Assembly (NCBI GenBank): GCA_041658365.1
Contig: JBBAAJ010000002.1
Coordinates: forward strand, 1 to 39,271
Length of the DNA stretch: 39,271 bases
Source: Candidatus Peribacteraceae bacterium
Lineage (GTDB): Bacteria; Patescibacteriota; Gracilibacteria; Peribacterales; Peribacteraceae
Direction of reading: 5' to 3'
Shown here: positions 7,760 through 15,956 of the stretch, piece by piece
Numbering within the stretch: position 1 is the first letter of the stretch
Layout of the letters: each line of letters starts with the position of its first letter
Notes under the pieces: generated by a model
Told to the model about the DNA's origin: nothing
Seen by the model: only the letters and a program-made list of their open reading frames with translations
Databases searched by the model: none
Program-made: the position numbers and the translations under genes

Positions 7760-10735
7760 ATGCGACAGCGCATCATGCTCTCCCTTCTGGCCTCTCTCCT
7801 CCTCACGACCGCCTCGGAGGCGGGGGCAGCTCCGTTCATCCCGAAAATGAACGAGCCGAAATCCTACAAGGACGCGCTCTTCGGCGCGGGAGAAACGCGG
7901 CAGAACATCGAGTCGGTGGACTGCGGCGGATTCGACAAGGATTCGAATGCCACGGTGAACGGTACGACGATGACGGGTGGCAACGTGCCGATTCCCGATG
8001 TGAGCGCGGATCTCCCTGGGCGGGACAACGGTAATCCGCTCGGCGATCCTAAGACCGGTCTCGGTACCCGCGGGGATTTCCAGTATCCCGGCTCTGCGTG
8101 GGGCTACCTCTCCGCGTGCAACATGTACACGGACAAAATGCGCGATCCTGATCTCGAGAAAATGGAGAAAGACATCAAGCTCAAGATCGCGGATGAGGAT
8201 GACCCCAACAGTGAGATTTCTGCGGAAGTCGTTGATGGTCATGGGGATATCGATATCAACCCCAAGCGATGGTGCATACGGTTCGATAAAGCGACGCCCT
8301 CCTGGTGCAGGGCACTCTACAGATGGTTCCAGATTCTTTCCGCGAGCGCCTCAGCGAACGACCTCCGCCCGGCTATCAATCCCGACTGCCCGAATCCTCC
8401 GTCGAAGAAATACTGTTTCGATGATCCGTACACGAAGGAATGCAACGGCGAAGAATGCCGCACGGTATCGATGCCCGATTTCGGCAGCAAGGTTTCGGAG
8501 TGCCACAGGGAAACGGATGCGGATGGGAACGAATTCGTCGTCACTGATGTCGGCGGCTACGAATACGGGACCAAGAGTTCCTTCTACCGGCACTATGCAG
8601 GGGGTTTCAGAGAACCGGAGATCATCGTGACGGAGTACAAGAACAAGGATGGACCGCACAATATAAAAAAATGGAAAGTCCGTGCCGAGTGTTACGAGTA
8701 CTACATGGAGAGCGATCCGAAATACCGGGTGACCGGGCGGGCAGATGAACAGTGCGAGTTCGTCATCTCGACTCCCGGGGAACAGAATCCCGACACACCC
8801 GAGTGGGTCGAGGGGGACGGACACAAGCAGAAGAAGGGGTACGTGCCGGAAGCCGGATTGGTGCAGGATCCTCCGCGTGACCCCAGGACAGCCCCCGAGC
8901 CCTGGGTGGCGGATACGGAGACGAACCTCTCGATGATTGACATGAAGCGCCTCAAGGAACTCCAGAAGGATTTCGAGGATCCGACGGACATCACCGGGGT
9001 GATCGGCGCGCTCCTCCCTGCGAAGCAGCGCGCCACGAAGACGACGCCGGACTACGCGCGCACGGATATGTTCGATGACACGGCGGAGAGGAAGATGAGC
9101 AACTTCTGGGAAGATCAGCAGAAGGAACTCCTCAAGATGGTGACGGAGCCCGCGACGAGGCTTGTGCTGCCCGCGCGCGCGTTCGTGGGGTTGCAGAAGA
9201 ATGATCCGTTCTTCCAGTATGTGCGCAGCATCGTCTCCCGTTCCAACGGCATCGTGGAAATCACGCTCCGCGCGGGGCAGGAGGACGTCGGGAACGCACT
9301 CCTTTCCCTCGAGCGCAATCTCATCATGCCGATCCGCGAAGTGCGCATTCCGCTCATCGTGCCGCTTGTATCCGGGGAGGAGCTCAACACGCGCATCTTC
9401 GAATGGAAACAGTGGAAAATGCGCGAGGACAAAGATGCCGAGAAGCCCCCGGGACGCCCGTCGTACGCTGGCATGGCCAATCCACTCATCATCAAGCTCG
9501 AGCAATACCGTGATGCACTGAAGACGGAGCGGCGCATGCGCGGCGCACTGGCGAATTACCTCGTGAAGCTCTTCGACAAACAGCGGCAAATCCGCGAGTA
9601 CATCGCCAATTGGTACACATCGGATACGGCTGCTCTGGAGATGGCGAAACTACAGTCGGAAGACCGCCGACGGCTCAAGTGGATCTGGCGCCGGTTGCAG
9701 CGCGCGATGCTGCAGACAGACGAGTGTCAGCTCCAGTGGTGCAGTAACCAGCGGTACTCCGCGCCGGTCTACTCATTGCTCGACCTGTGGTGGGGGGACC
9801 GTCAGCCCGGCGAAATCCGGAATGTCGGCTACCTGCCGCGCGACCTCAAAGACCTCCGCTACGAGCAGCCGAAGGACAGGGTTTTCGATTTCTCGAAGAT
9901 GGGGTTCGCTACAGGCGGGCTCTTAGTCCCCGTCCTCTGGCCCGTGCAGGTGAAACTGAAGCTGCCGCTTCCTCCGACCGTGGGATTGCCGCCGAATCCG
10001 GACGACTTCCCGGCTCTCGCCTCGTTCCCGAACGAAACCGTCTTTGATTCGTTCACTGTTCCCGCGGTCACTCTCCCACCGCAGACGCCTCTGCCGCCGT
10101 CCCCGGCCGCGGATTTGAGTGAGGCAATGCAGATCCTCCGCGAGTACCGCAAAATCGTGGATGGGACAGATTTCCCTGAGCAGGAGCAGGAGGAAACAGT
10201 CGCGATGGCCGGCACGCCCCCGCCGGATGACGCTGGCCCATGGAAGGATCGCGGCAGTATGCGCGGTTCGTACTGCCGCTTCCCCCCGAGCATCATGATC
10301 CCGCCGGACCCCGAAGATAAGCACGGGAATCCCGACAAAATCATACATGTGGAGAACGACCTGAAGGAACGCTTGGCGCGCCTCTTCTCGCGCTGGATGC
10401 CGGAACGAATGGAGGACGTAGGAGGACGCGCAGTGCGGCTCAATGACGAATTCGCCAAGCCGGATGACATGGCTTGCCGTGAGGATGTCGTCTGCAATTC
10501 TCTCGCTCCGGAACAGACGACGACCGCGACCTGGCAGTGGTTCATGAAGGCGACGACCGCCGAGTTCACAACACTCGCCGATGCAATGCGCACGCTCACT
10601 TGCCCGTTCTGCGAGCCGCCGGATGAAACGCAGAATCCCTACCTCGACACGCCCGTAGAGCTCATCAAGCGCACGTTCCAGAGATTGCCGCTCCCCATCG
10701 AGATTCCCCTGCTCCCCAACCCCCCTCCCCCGTGA
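7760..10735 (+). CDS. hypothetical exported protein P1 (991 aa), Cys- and Pro-rich
   Basis: Signal peptide MRQRIMLSLLASLLLTTASEAGA. It has many Cys residues and Pro-rich tracts (LPLPPTVGLPPNPDDFP, C-terminal LLPNPPPP). No motif recognised. It is the first gene of a coupled operon. Confidence 0.75.
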   Translation: MRQRIMLSLLASLLLTTASEAGAAPFIPKMNEPKSYKDALFGAGETRQNIESVDCGGFDKDSNATVNGTTMTGGNVPIPDVSADLPGRDNGNPLGDPKTGLGTRGDFQYPGSAWGYLSACNMYTDKMRDPDLEKMEKDIKLKIADEDDPNSEISAEVVDGHGDIDINPKRWCIRFDKATPSWCRALYRWFQILSASASANDLRPAINPDCPNPPSKKYCFDDPYTKECNGEECRTVSMPDFGSKVSECHRETDADGNEFVVTDVGGYEYGTKSSFYRHYAGGFREPEIIVTEYKNKDGPHNIKKWKVRAECYEYYMESDPKYRVTGRADEQCEFVISTPGEQNPDTPEWVEGDGHKQKKGYVPEAGLVQDPPRDPRTAPEPWVADTETNLSMIDMKRLKELQKDFEDPTDITGVIGALLPAKQRATKTTPDYARTDMFDDTAERKMSNFWEDQQKELLKMVTEPATRLVLPARAFVGLQKNDPFFQYVRSIVSRSNGIVEITLRAGQEDVGNALLSLERNLIMPIREVRIPLIVPLVSGEELNTRIFEWKQWKMREDKDAEKPPGRPSYAGMANPLIIKLEQYRDALKTERRMRGALANYLVKLFDKQRQIREYIANWYTSDTAALEMAKLQSEDRRRLKWIWRRLQRAMLQTDECQLQWCSNQRYSAPVYSLLDLWWGDRQPGEIRNVGYLPRDLKDLRYEQPKDRVFDFSKMGFATGGLLVPVLWPVQVKLKLPLPPTVGLPPNPDDFPALASFPNETVFDSFTVPAVTLPPQTPLPPSPAADLSEAMQILREYRKIVDGTDFPEQEQEETVAMAGTPPPDDAGPWKDRGSMRGSYCRFPPSIMIPPDPEDKHGNPDKIIHVENDLKERLARLFSRWMPERMEDVGGRAVRLNDEFAKPDDMACREDVVCNSLAPEQTTTATWQWFMKATTAEFTTLADAMRTLTCPFCEPPDETQNPYLDTPVELIKRTFQRLPLPIEIPLLPNPPPP

Positions 10736-11469
10736 GCATGCGGCGATTCCCTCTCATGGTCATCGGCCTCCTGTTCCATCTCTTCCTCCTGCCGGCGGCA
10801 TGGGCGCAAGTAAGAGAAGGCCCGGCACAACTCTGCCGCAACAAACTTGCCGGTGAGCTGAGCAAGGTACATGACGAATTCCGATCGTACGTTTTCGGGA
10901 GTCGCCTGGATGCGGAGGGAACCTTCACCGTCCTCACGGGAGGGCATGCGGATGCCGAACGGAAAGGCATTTTCGAGACGCAGGGGCGCCTGACGTCCGA
11001 GCTCGTCCCCCCGCTCGTGGAGAGTTACCGCGCTCTCCGGTGCCGGAGTTACACGATCTGCGCAGTCCTGCGTGAGTCTGTCGGAGTCAAGGGTGGAGAG
11101 GTCACTGTGCGTCCTCTCGGGTGCACGGAACAGACGGTCCCCCGGTACGCGGGGTGTTACCTCGCGGAACCGCAATCTACGTTCACGGCTTCCCAGAACG
11201 ATGAGGACGACCTCCGAAAGTACTGCGGGCAAATGGTAGAGGACTCGCTCCAATTCGAGCGCAGGGCTCTTCAACTCGCCGTGGCGTACGACAGCGGCTA
11301 CCGCGCGAGCGCGCAGCTGGCCGGAATGATCGACTGGGTGCAGGTGGAGTTCCCCGAGTACGTGCTGAAGCCACTTCGTGACATGGTGGGACTTCTCGGG
11401 AAACTCTACGAAATTCCCTGTTTCATCGGGCAGTGCGATTACCCGGATACCTCAGGCCTCGTTCCATGA
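10732..11469 (+). CDS. hypothetical exported protein P2 (245 aa)
   Basis: The GTG start overlaps the P1 stop (GTGA at 10732-10735); an alternative ATG is at 10738. The signal peptide is MSMRRFPLMVIGLLFHLFLLPAAWAQ. The mature part has 8 Cys. Confidence 0.7.
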   Translation: MSMRRFPLMVIGLLFHLFLLPAAWAQVREGPAQLCRNKLAGELSKVHDEFRSYVFGSRLDAEGTFTVLTGGHADAERKGIFETQGRLTSELVPPLVESYRALRCRSYTICAVLRESVGVKGGEVTVRPLGCTEQTVPRYAGCYLAEPQSTFTASQNDEDDLRKYCGQMVEDSLQFERRALQLAVAYDSGYRASAQLAGMIDWVQVEFPEYVLKPLRDMVGLLGKLYEIPCFIGQCDYPDTSGLVP

Positions 11470-12317
11470 CTGCTGCTTCACCATCCTCCGGCTTGCTCTC
11501 TGCCCTCCGTGATACGTGGCGAAGGCATCGGCTGCTCATTGTCGTCATGGTCATCTTGAGCGTCGTGGCCGCGCTCACGCAGGTGAATCTCCGTGGGAGT
11601 CTCCTCGGCGGGACGGGGACAGGCGGAACCAGCAGTTCCGAGGGGAGCCTGCGTACCTGCAGCGATGCGTGGACCGTCTTCGAGGGGAAGGAGAACGCGA
11701 CTGAGATCATGAATCTCTTCAGGAGCGAAGTGACGAAGGCCGTGGAAGAGCGCGTGCAGTACTTCGAGAAACCGTCGAATTGGAAATGCATGGACAAGGA
11801 ACCCTCGATGCCGAAGCTTCGAGCACTTGCGGCGAAACTTCCCGGCTGGCACTACCCGCAGGGCGGGCCGGGGGCGGGAGGAAGCCCGCTGGCGTTTCCC
11901 TTGCGGCCGGTACTCTTCGAATCGTCCGCGTCGGTCCTGGGCGAATTCCTCCGCGAGTACGAGTGCAAGATCGTCGCTCTCGATGCCCGCGCGACCTATG
12001 CGGTTCTCACGGGGAATGACATTGATGCGCCCTGCCTGCCAGGGGCATGTCCCCCTGTCAATTCCGCCGATCTCGCGGTGAGAGTGGGGGCCTACCGCGA
12101 GCGCCTGAAACAGGAACGCAGCCGCGCGCGGCTCGCGCTCGAACGGACGCTCCATCTCCTCCGATCGTTCGATGCGAACTATCAGGCGGCGCGCGACATC
12201 GTCTGTCTCCAGCGGGCGTCGCTCGATCTCCGCAGTGAACTGAATCTCCTCGCGGATACCACCAGTTGCATGCCGAAGATCTGGGATGCACTCACCTCCA
12301 TCCATGACCGCAAGTAA
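11466..12317 (+). CDS. hypothetical membrane-anchored protein P3 (283 aa)
   Basis: ATGA start/stop overlap with P2 (11466-11469). It has an N-terminal anchor RRHRLLIVVMVILSVVAALTQV followed by a Gly/Ser linker and a Cys-containing domain. Confidence 0.7.
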   Translation: MTAASPSSGLLSALRDTWRRHRLLIVVMVILSVVAALTQVNLRGSLLGGTGTGGTSSSEGSLRTCSDAWTVFEGKENATEIMNLFRSEVTKAVEERVQYFEKPSNWKCMDKEPSMPKLRALAAKLPGWHYPQGGPGAGGSPLAFPLRPVLFESSASVLGEFLREYECKIVALDARATYAVLTGNDIDAPCLPGACPPVNSADLAVRVGAYRERLKQERSRARLALERTLHLLRSFDANYQAARDIVCLQRASLDLRSELNLLADTTSCMPKIWDALTSIHDRK

Positions 12318-12320
12318 CCC

Positions 12321-14138
12321 ATGAGCCGCCTCCTCGTCGCCATCGCGTTCTCCGCTCTCCTGCTCCCGCAGGCGGGAAGCGCGCAGAGCTCGCTCTTCGA
12401 ACTGGTGTACAAGGAGGCGAAGAGAGCCAATCCGGACTACCTCAGCGAACAGCTGATAGAGTTCGTCGGCGTGGAGATGCAGACGTGGAGAGGGAGCGGC
12501 ATCTGGCTCTCGTCCGACGATATCAAGTACGCGATCGAGAAAAATCAGAGCGCGCTCTGCAAGGACAAGACGACCATAGCGGGTACACCCATCCAATTCG
12601 TGATGGGTGGGAACATTTCCGGTGAATCATGCATCGGTTTGCAGGGCGACATCCTCTCGCTCATCGCGTCGGAGCAGGAAGCGGAACAGCTCGGCGCCGA
12701 TCTCCTCACGATTGCCAATGGCTCGGAACTCGCGCTGTCCAACGAGCCGCATCGCCCGCTGGAGATGGGGAAAATGGCGATGCTCCTCAAACGCACGTGG
12801 GTCGGGTCGGGAGGAGCGGTCATCCCGTGGGATGGGACGGCGGATAGCGAAGTGCAGACGCTCGACAGCGCACTCGCGGCACTCACGCCCGCCGACCTCG
12901 ACAAGGCGATTCTCCGCTTCCACCACGGGTACTTCCGCGACCAGCGCGAGGCGGATCCGGCGTTCTCCGTCGTCGCGGGCGTCGGTGACGCCCTCAGAGC
13001 GATCGCGAACAAGCTGCGTATTACCGGCGATCCGACCATGGTGGGGGAATTCGCGACGCCGAAGCTTAAGGTGACGCCCAATGTCGCGCTCTGGGCACGG
13101 AAAGACGATCTGGGGATTCTCTGGGTATACCCCATGCATTTCGCGCGTGGCACCATCGAGCGGGCCGGGGAATACCCCGTAATGGTCGAGAATGGGGAGA
13201 CGCTCGCGTATCCTTTCTCCTACAAAGGCTCCACTCCGCCCACGGACCCGGAAATTCGTAGCCCGCTCTGCAGCCGGTCACTCGGCCGTTTCGGGTATCT
13301 CTGCCGGCCGCAGCCTCCCTTCGACGAGGATTGCACGCGGCCCGGCAGCGACGGCATCACCCTCGTGAAGTGCTCGGAGAAAACGACGGAGACGGAGTCG
13401 AGCCCGAAAGCCTGCGCGGATCTCGAGAATCTCTACAGCGATACGGGCGGTCCGCTCGAGGACCCGGATAACCCGGCGCACGTAAGTCCGGATCTCGAAC
13501 TCGCGGATCTCGAGGGGATCTGCGCGCCGGATACGAAGGTGCTCTACCAGGACTCTGTCGCCTCCAACACCTGTTACATCGATCACTGTCTCATTCAGTC
13601 GATGCGCAGGCACACGCTCATCCCCAACCGCAATACGGTGCTCTTAAACGAAGCGACCTCCCCCTTCCTCGCTTGCATCCGGCGTGACCCGCAGCTTGGA
13701 CGGTACACGGAAATCGCCCATCCAACACCCTTCGCATTTCCGCCGTACATCGGGCACCTTCTGACGATTGATTACGAGCGTGAGTACTGCGTGAAGAACG
13801 GGAATGCGCCACACCCGCTCGCGGGATACTGTGCGTATCGGAGCAGCAGGAGATCGAATTCGCCGGACATCATGCAGTTTTTCACGGCGGCGGCAATGAA
13901 CATCGAAGCGCAAGAAGTGGCGGAAGATCAGGACACGGTGCTCTCTGCCGCCGCGAACATCGGTGAACGTGCGGCGCTCGAGCAGTCTGCGACCGTCCAG
14001 CGGAAGGTATTCGGATCGCTTGCGTCGTTCGTCCAGCAGGTGGCCGATCTTCTTCTGGAACTCAAGAACGCCCCGCTCACCAAGACGCCCTGCCCGTGGA
14101 CTGGGCCATTCAAAACTTCTTCCAGCGCCGCGCCGTGA
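12321..14138 (+). CDS. hypothetical exported protein P4 (605 aa), Cys-rich
   Basis: It starts 3 nt after the P3 stop. The signal peptide is MSRLLVAIAFSALLLPQAGSAQS. No motif recognised. Confidence 0.75.
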   Translation: MSRLLVAIAFSALLLPQAGSAQSSLFELVYKEAKRANPDYLSEQLIEFVGVEMQTWRGSGIWLSSDDIKYAIEKNQSALCKDKTTIAGTPIQFVMGGNISGESCIGLQGDILSLIASEQEAEQLGADLLTIANGSELALSNEPHRPLEMGKMAMLLKRTWVGSGGAVIPWDGTADSEVQTLDSALAALTPADLDKAILRFHHGYFRDQREADPAFSVVAGVGDALRAIANKLRITGDPTMVGEFATPKLKVTPNVALWARKDDLGILWVYPMHFARGTIERAGEYPVMVENGETLAYPFSYKGSTPPTDPEIRSPLCSRSLGRFGYLCRPQPPFDEDCTRPGSDGITLVKCSEKTTETESSPKACADLENLYSDTGGPLEDPDNPAHVSPDLELADLEGICAPDTKVLYQDSVASNTCYIDHCLIQSMRRHTLIPNRNTVLLNEATSPFLACIRRDPQLGRYTEIAHPTPFAFPPYIGHLLTIDYEREYCVKNGNAPHPLAGYCAYRSSRRSNSPDIMQFFTAAAMNIEAQEVAEDQDTVLSAAANIGERAALEQSATVQRKVFGSLASFVQQVADLLLELKNAPLTKTPCPWTGPFKTSSSAAP

Positions 14139-15844
14139 GAAAATTTCTTACAAGATCGGCAATAGGGAGCATTAGTCTGACCCTGTGTTTCTTTCTGATC
14201 CTTCCGGTCACTGCTTCGGCTCAAACGGTCCTCTCGCCGTGGGTCCGGCAGGTCATTGACCGTTCCAATGACGGCATTGCCATGGCGGGAGGCCTCGGAG
14301 GAACGAACTGCGACCCGGACACGGTCATCGCGGCGATCGACGCGAACACATCGGTCGTCCGGTACTGGGTCATGACGACCAGAGATCTCTCGACCGAGGC
14401 ACAATTTCTCCGCGAGCGTACCGTCTGTTTCGAGAATGACCGCTCTCTCCTCGGTACGCAGCTCGAGCTCATTCGCACCAAGCTCAACGATGCGATCCAG
14501 GCGTGCAATATCAGTGCCGCAGGAGCACTCCGTGATAACTATGACTTCACTGCGGCGGCATACGCCTCGCTTCTGAAGGGGGGGGTGGACCCGACGTACA
14601 GAGACAATCGTCTTCGCCTGAAGTACCCGTTCCATAATCTCAGCCTTTGGAGTACCGGGGGACAGCCCGTATTCGACTCAGGTTCTCTTGCCCCCCTCTG
14701 CCCTTTCACGACGGATTACGCGCCGCATTCCTACGGGTACGTTCCCTCTCCGGGGAACGTGGTCATTGTGAGCGGGCAGGCAGCCGATATACGCAGTTAC
14801 GGCTGCGACCGCGACGTACTCGCGACGATTGGCGGGGACCTGCAGCAGGAAGCACTGGCACTCCAGACCTTCCAGGACACGGCGCGCTCCTTCGCGGAGA
14901 TGTTCTATAACCTCATGATCGCGACACTTCCGCGCCTTCCCGGGGATGAAGGCGAGACCTACGATCCGGCTTCCTCCGTCCCTCCGCACGAGAAACTCAG
15001 CGGGTGTCTCCGTCCGGCGCTTCCAATGCCGGGTGGCGGCTCAAACGGACAGGACAACTCAGCGATTCTCCTCGAGGAGATTTTCGCAGGCTTTCCGGAC
15101 TACTTCGACCAGGAGAATGCGAAAGTCGATCCTGGTACAAACAGCGTCACCTACGCTCCTCTGCCCGAGGCAACCCTGCCGGTGGGGCTGCTCCTCAGGA
15201 GCACGTACGATTTCTTCCTCGCCATCCCGAACTCCCTGATTCTCGATCGGTCGTTCCTGTTCAAGAAAGCCGACATCGGACGGGCGCGTCCGCTTCCACA
15301 GGAACTTACATCTCTTTCCTTCGTGTCACAATTTTTCTTTACGTTTCTGCAGAGAGTCGTGCCGAGTGAGCTGAGGACGGTTTCATCGAATATCGAGCGT
15401 GAGATGGGGAATCTGGAAGCGGAAGACCGGGATGCCATTGGCCGGAGCAGGGAGGCACTGATGCCCCTCACCGAGGCCGTGGACGCACTCTCGGAGATCG
15501 TGACGGAGGCGGGGTTCCTGCCCGAGAAATACACGCCCGACCTCACATACTTCCTGCTCCGTTCCTGCGTGGACGGCCCCTGCCAGCAGACCCTCGATCG
15601 CGTCATGCAGCGCACATTCAATCCGTACTGTCATCCGTACGTTTCCGGGAAGTACGCAGAGGAGGACGCCTACAAGAAGTGCTACTGCGATCCATCGGTT
15701 CAGGCGAGTGATCGTGGCTTCTGGGACAAGTATTGCTCGCAGGATTTGAGCTCGGAGCAGGGCCGGTACGATTCCATGCAACCGACACTCATCCCGGGAT
15801 GTTTGGAGGAGAGCAGCAGCTCGAGTTCGAGCTCAGGTTCCTGA
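14135..15844 (+). CDS. hypothetical exported protein P5 (569 aa), Cys-rich, poly-Ser tail
   Basis: In-frame GTG at 14135 overlaps the P4 stop (GTGA). This gives the signal peptide (M)RKFLTRSAIGSISLTLCFFLILPVTASAQ. The ORF track's alternative start is 14096. The C-terminus is SSSSSSSSGS. Confidence 0.7.
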   Translation: MRKFLTRSAIGSISLTLCFFLILPVTASAQTVLSPWVRQVIDRSNDGIAMAGGLGGTNCDPDTVIAAIDANTSVVRYWVMTTRDLSTEAQFLRERTVCFENDRSLLGTQLELIRTKLNDAIQACNISAAGALRDNYDFTAAAYASLLKGGVDPTYRDNRLRLKYPFHNLSLWSTGGQPVFDSGSLAPLCPFTTDYAPHSYGYVPSPGNVVIVSGQAADIRSYGCDRDVLATIGGDLQQEALALQTFQDTARSFAEMFYNLMIATLPRLPGDEGETYDPASSVPPHEKLSGCLRPALPMPGGGSNGQDNSAILLEEIFAGFPDYFDQENAKVDPGTNSVTYAPLPEATLPVGLLLRSTYDFFLAIPNSLILDRSFLFKKADIGRARPLPQELTSLSFVSQFFFTFLQRVVPSELRTVSSNIEREMGNLEAEDRDAIGRSREALMPLTEAVDALSEIVTEAGFLPEKYTPDLTYFLLRSCVDGPCQQTLDRVMQRTFNPYCHPYVSGKYAEEDAYKKCYCDPSVQASDRGFWDKYCSQDLSSEQGRYDSMQPTLIPGCLEESSSSSSSSGS

Positions 15845-15863
15845 GAGCAGTGAGTCTCTGGTG

Positions 15864-15936
15864 AAATTGCATGGCTCGCAAGCGAAAAACTTGGCGTTTT
15901 GCATGCAAACCATGCAGCCATGTAACCATGCAACAA
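15864..15936. repeat. hairpin, third member of the CGCAAGCGAA-core family
   Basis: It carries cgcaagcgaa (15877-15886) and ttgcatgcaa, as in the 3176 and 5550 elements. The arms differ: attgcatgg (15866-15874) pairs with ccatgcaa(c) (15926-15934). It lies between the P5 stop and the dnaE start. Confidence 0.6.
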
Positions 15937-15956
15937 TAAAGGTTACACTCCTCCTG

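Noticed and set aside
8351-9589. Long antisense ORFs opposite recognised or strongly supported genes. Examples are 8351-9589(-), 11478-12596(-), 16260-17390(-), 18690-19640(-), 21030-22649(-) and the off-frame 18875-19810(+).
   Set aside because: They are typical shadow ORFs of a ~60% GC genome. Their translations are Arg/Pro/Gly/His-rich and low in complexity. They fully overlap genes with clear motifs (dnaE, aspS) or with signal peptides and operon coupling.
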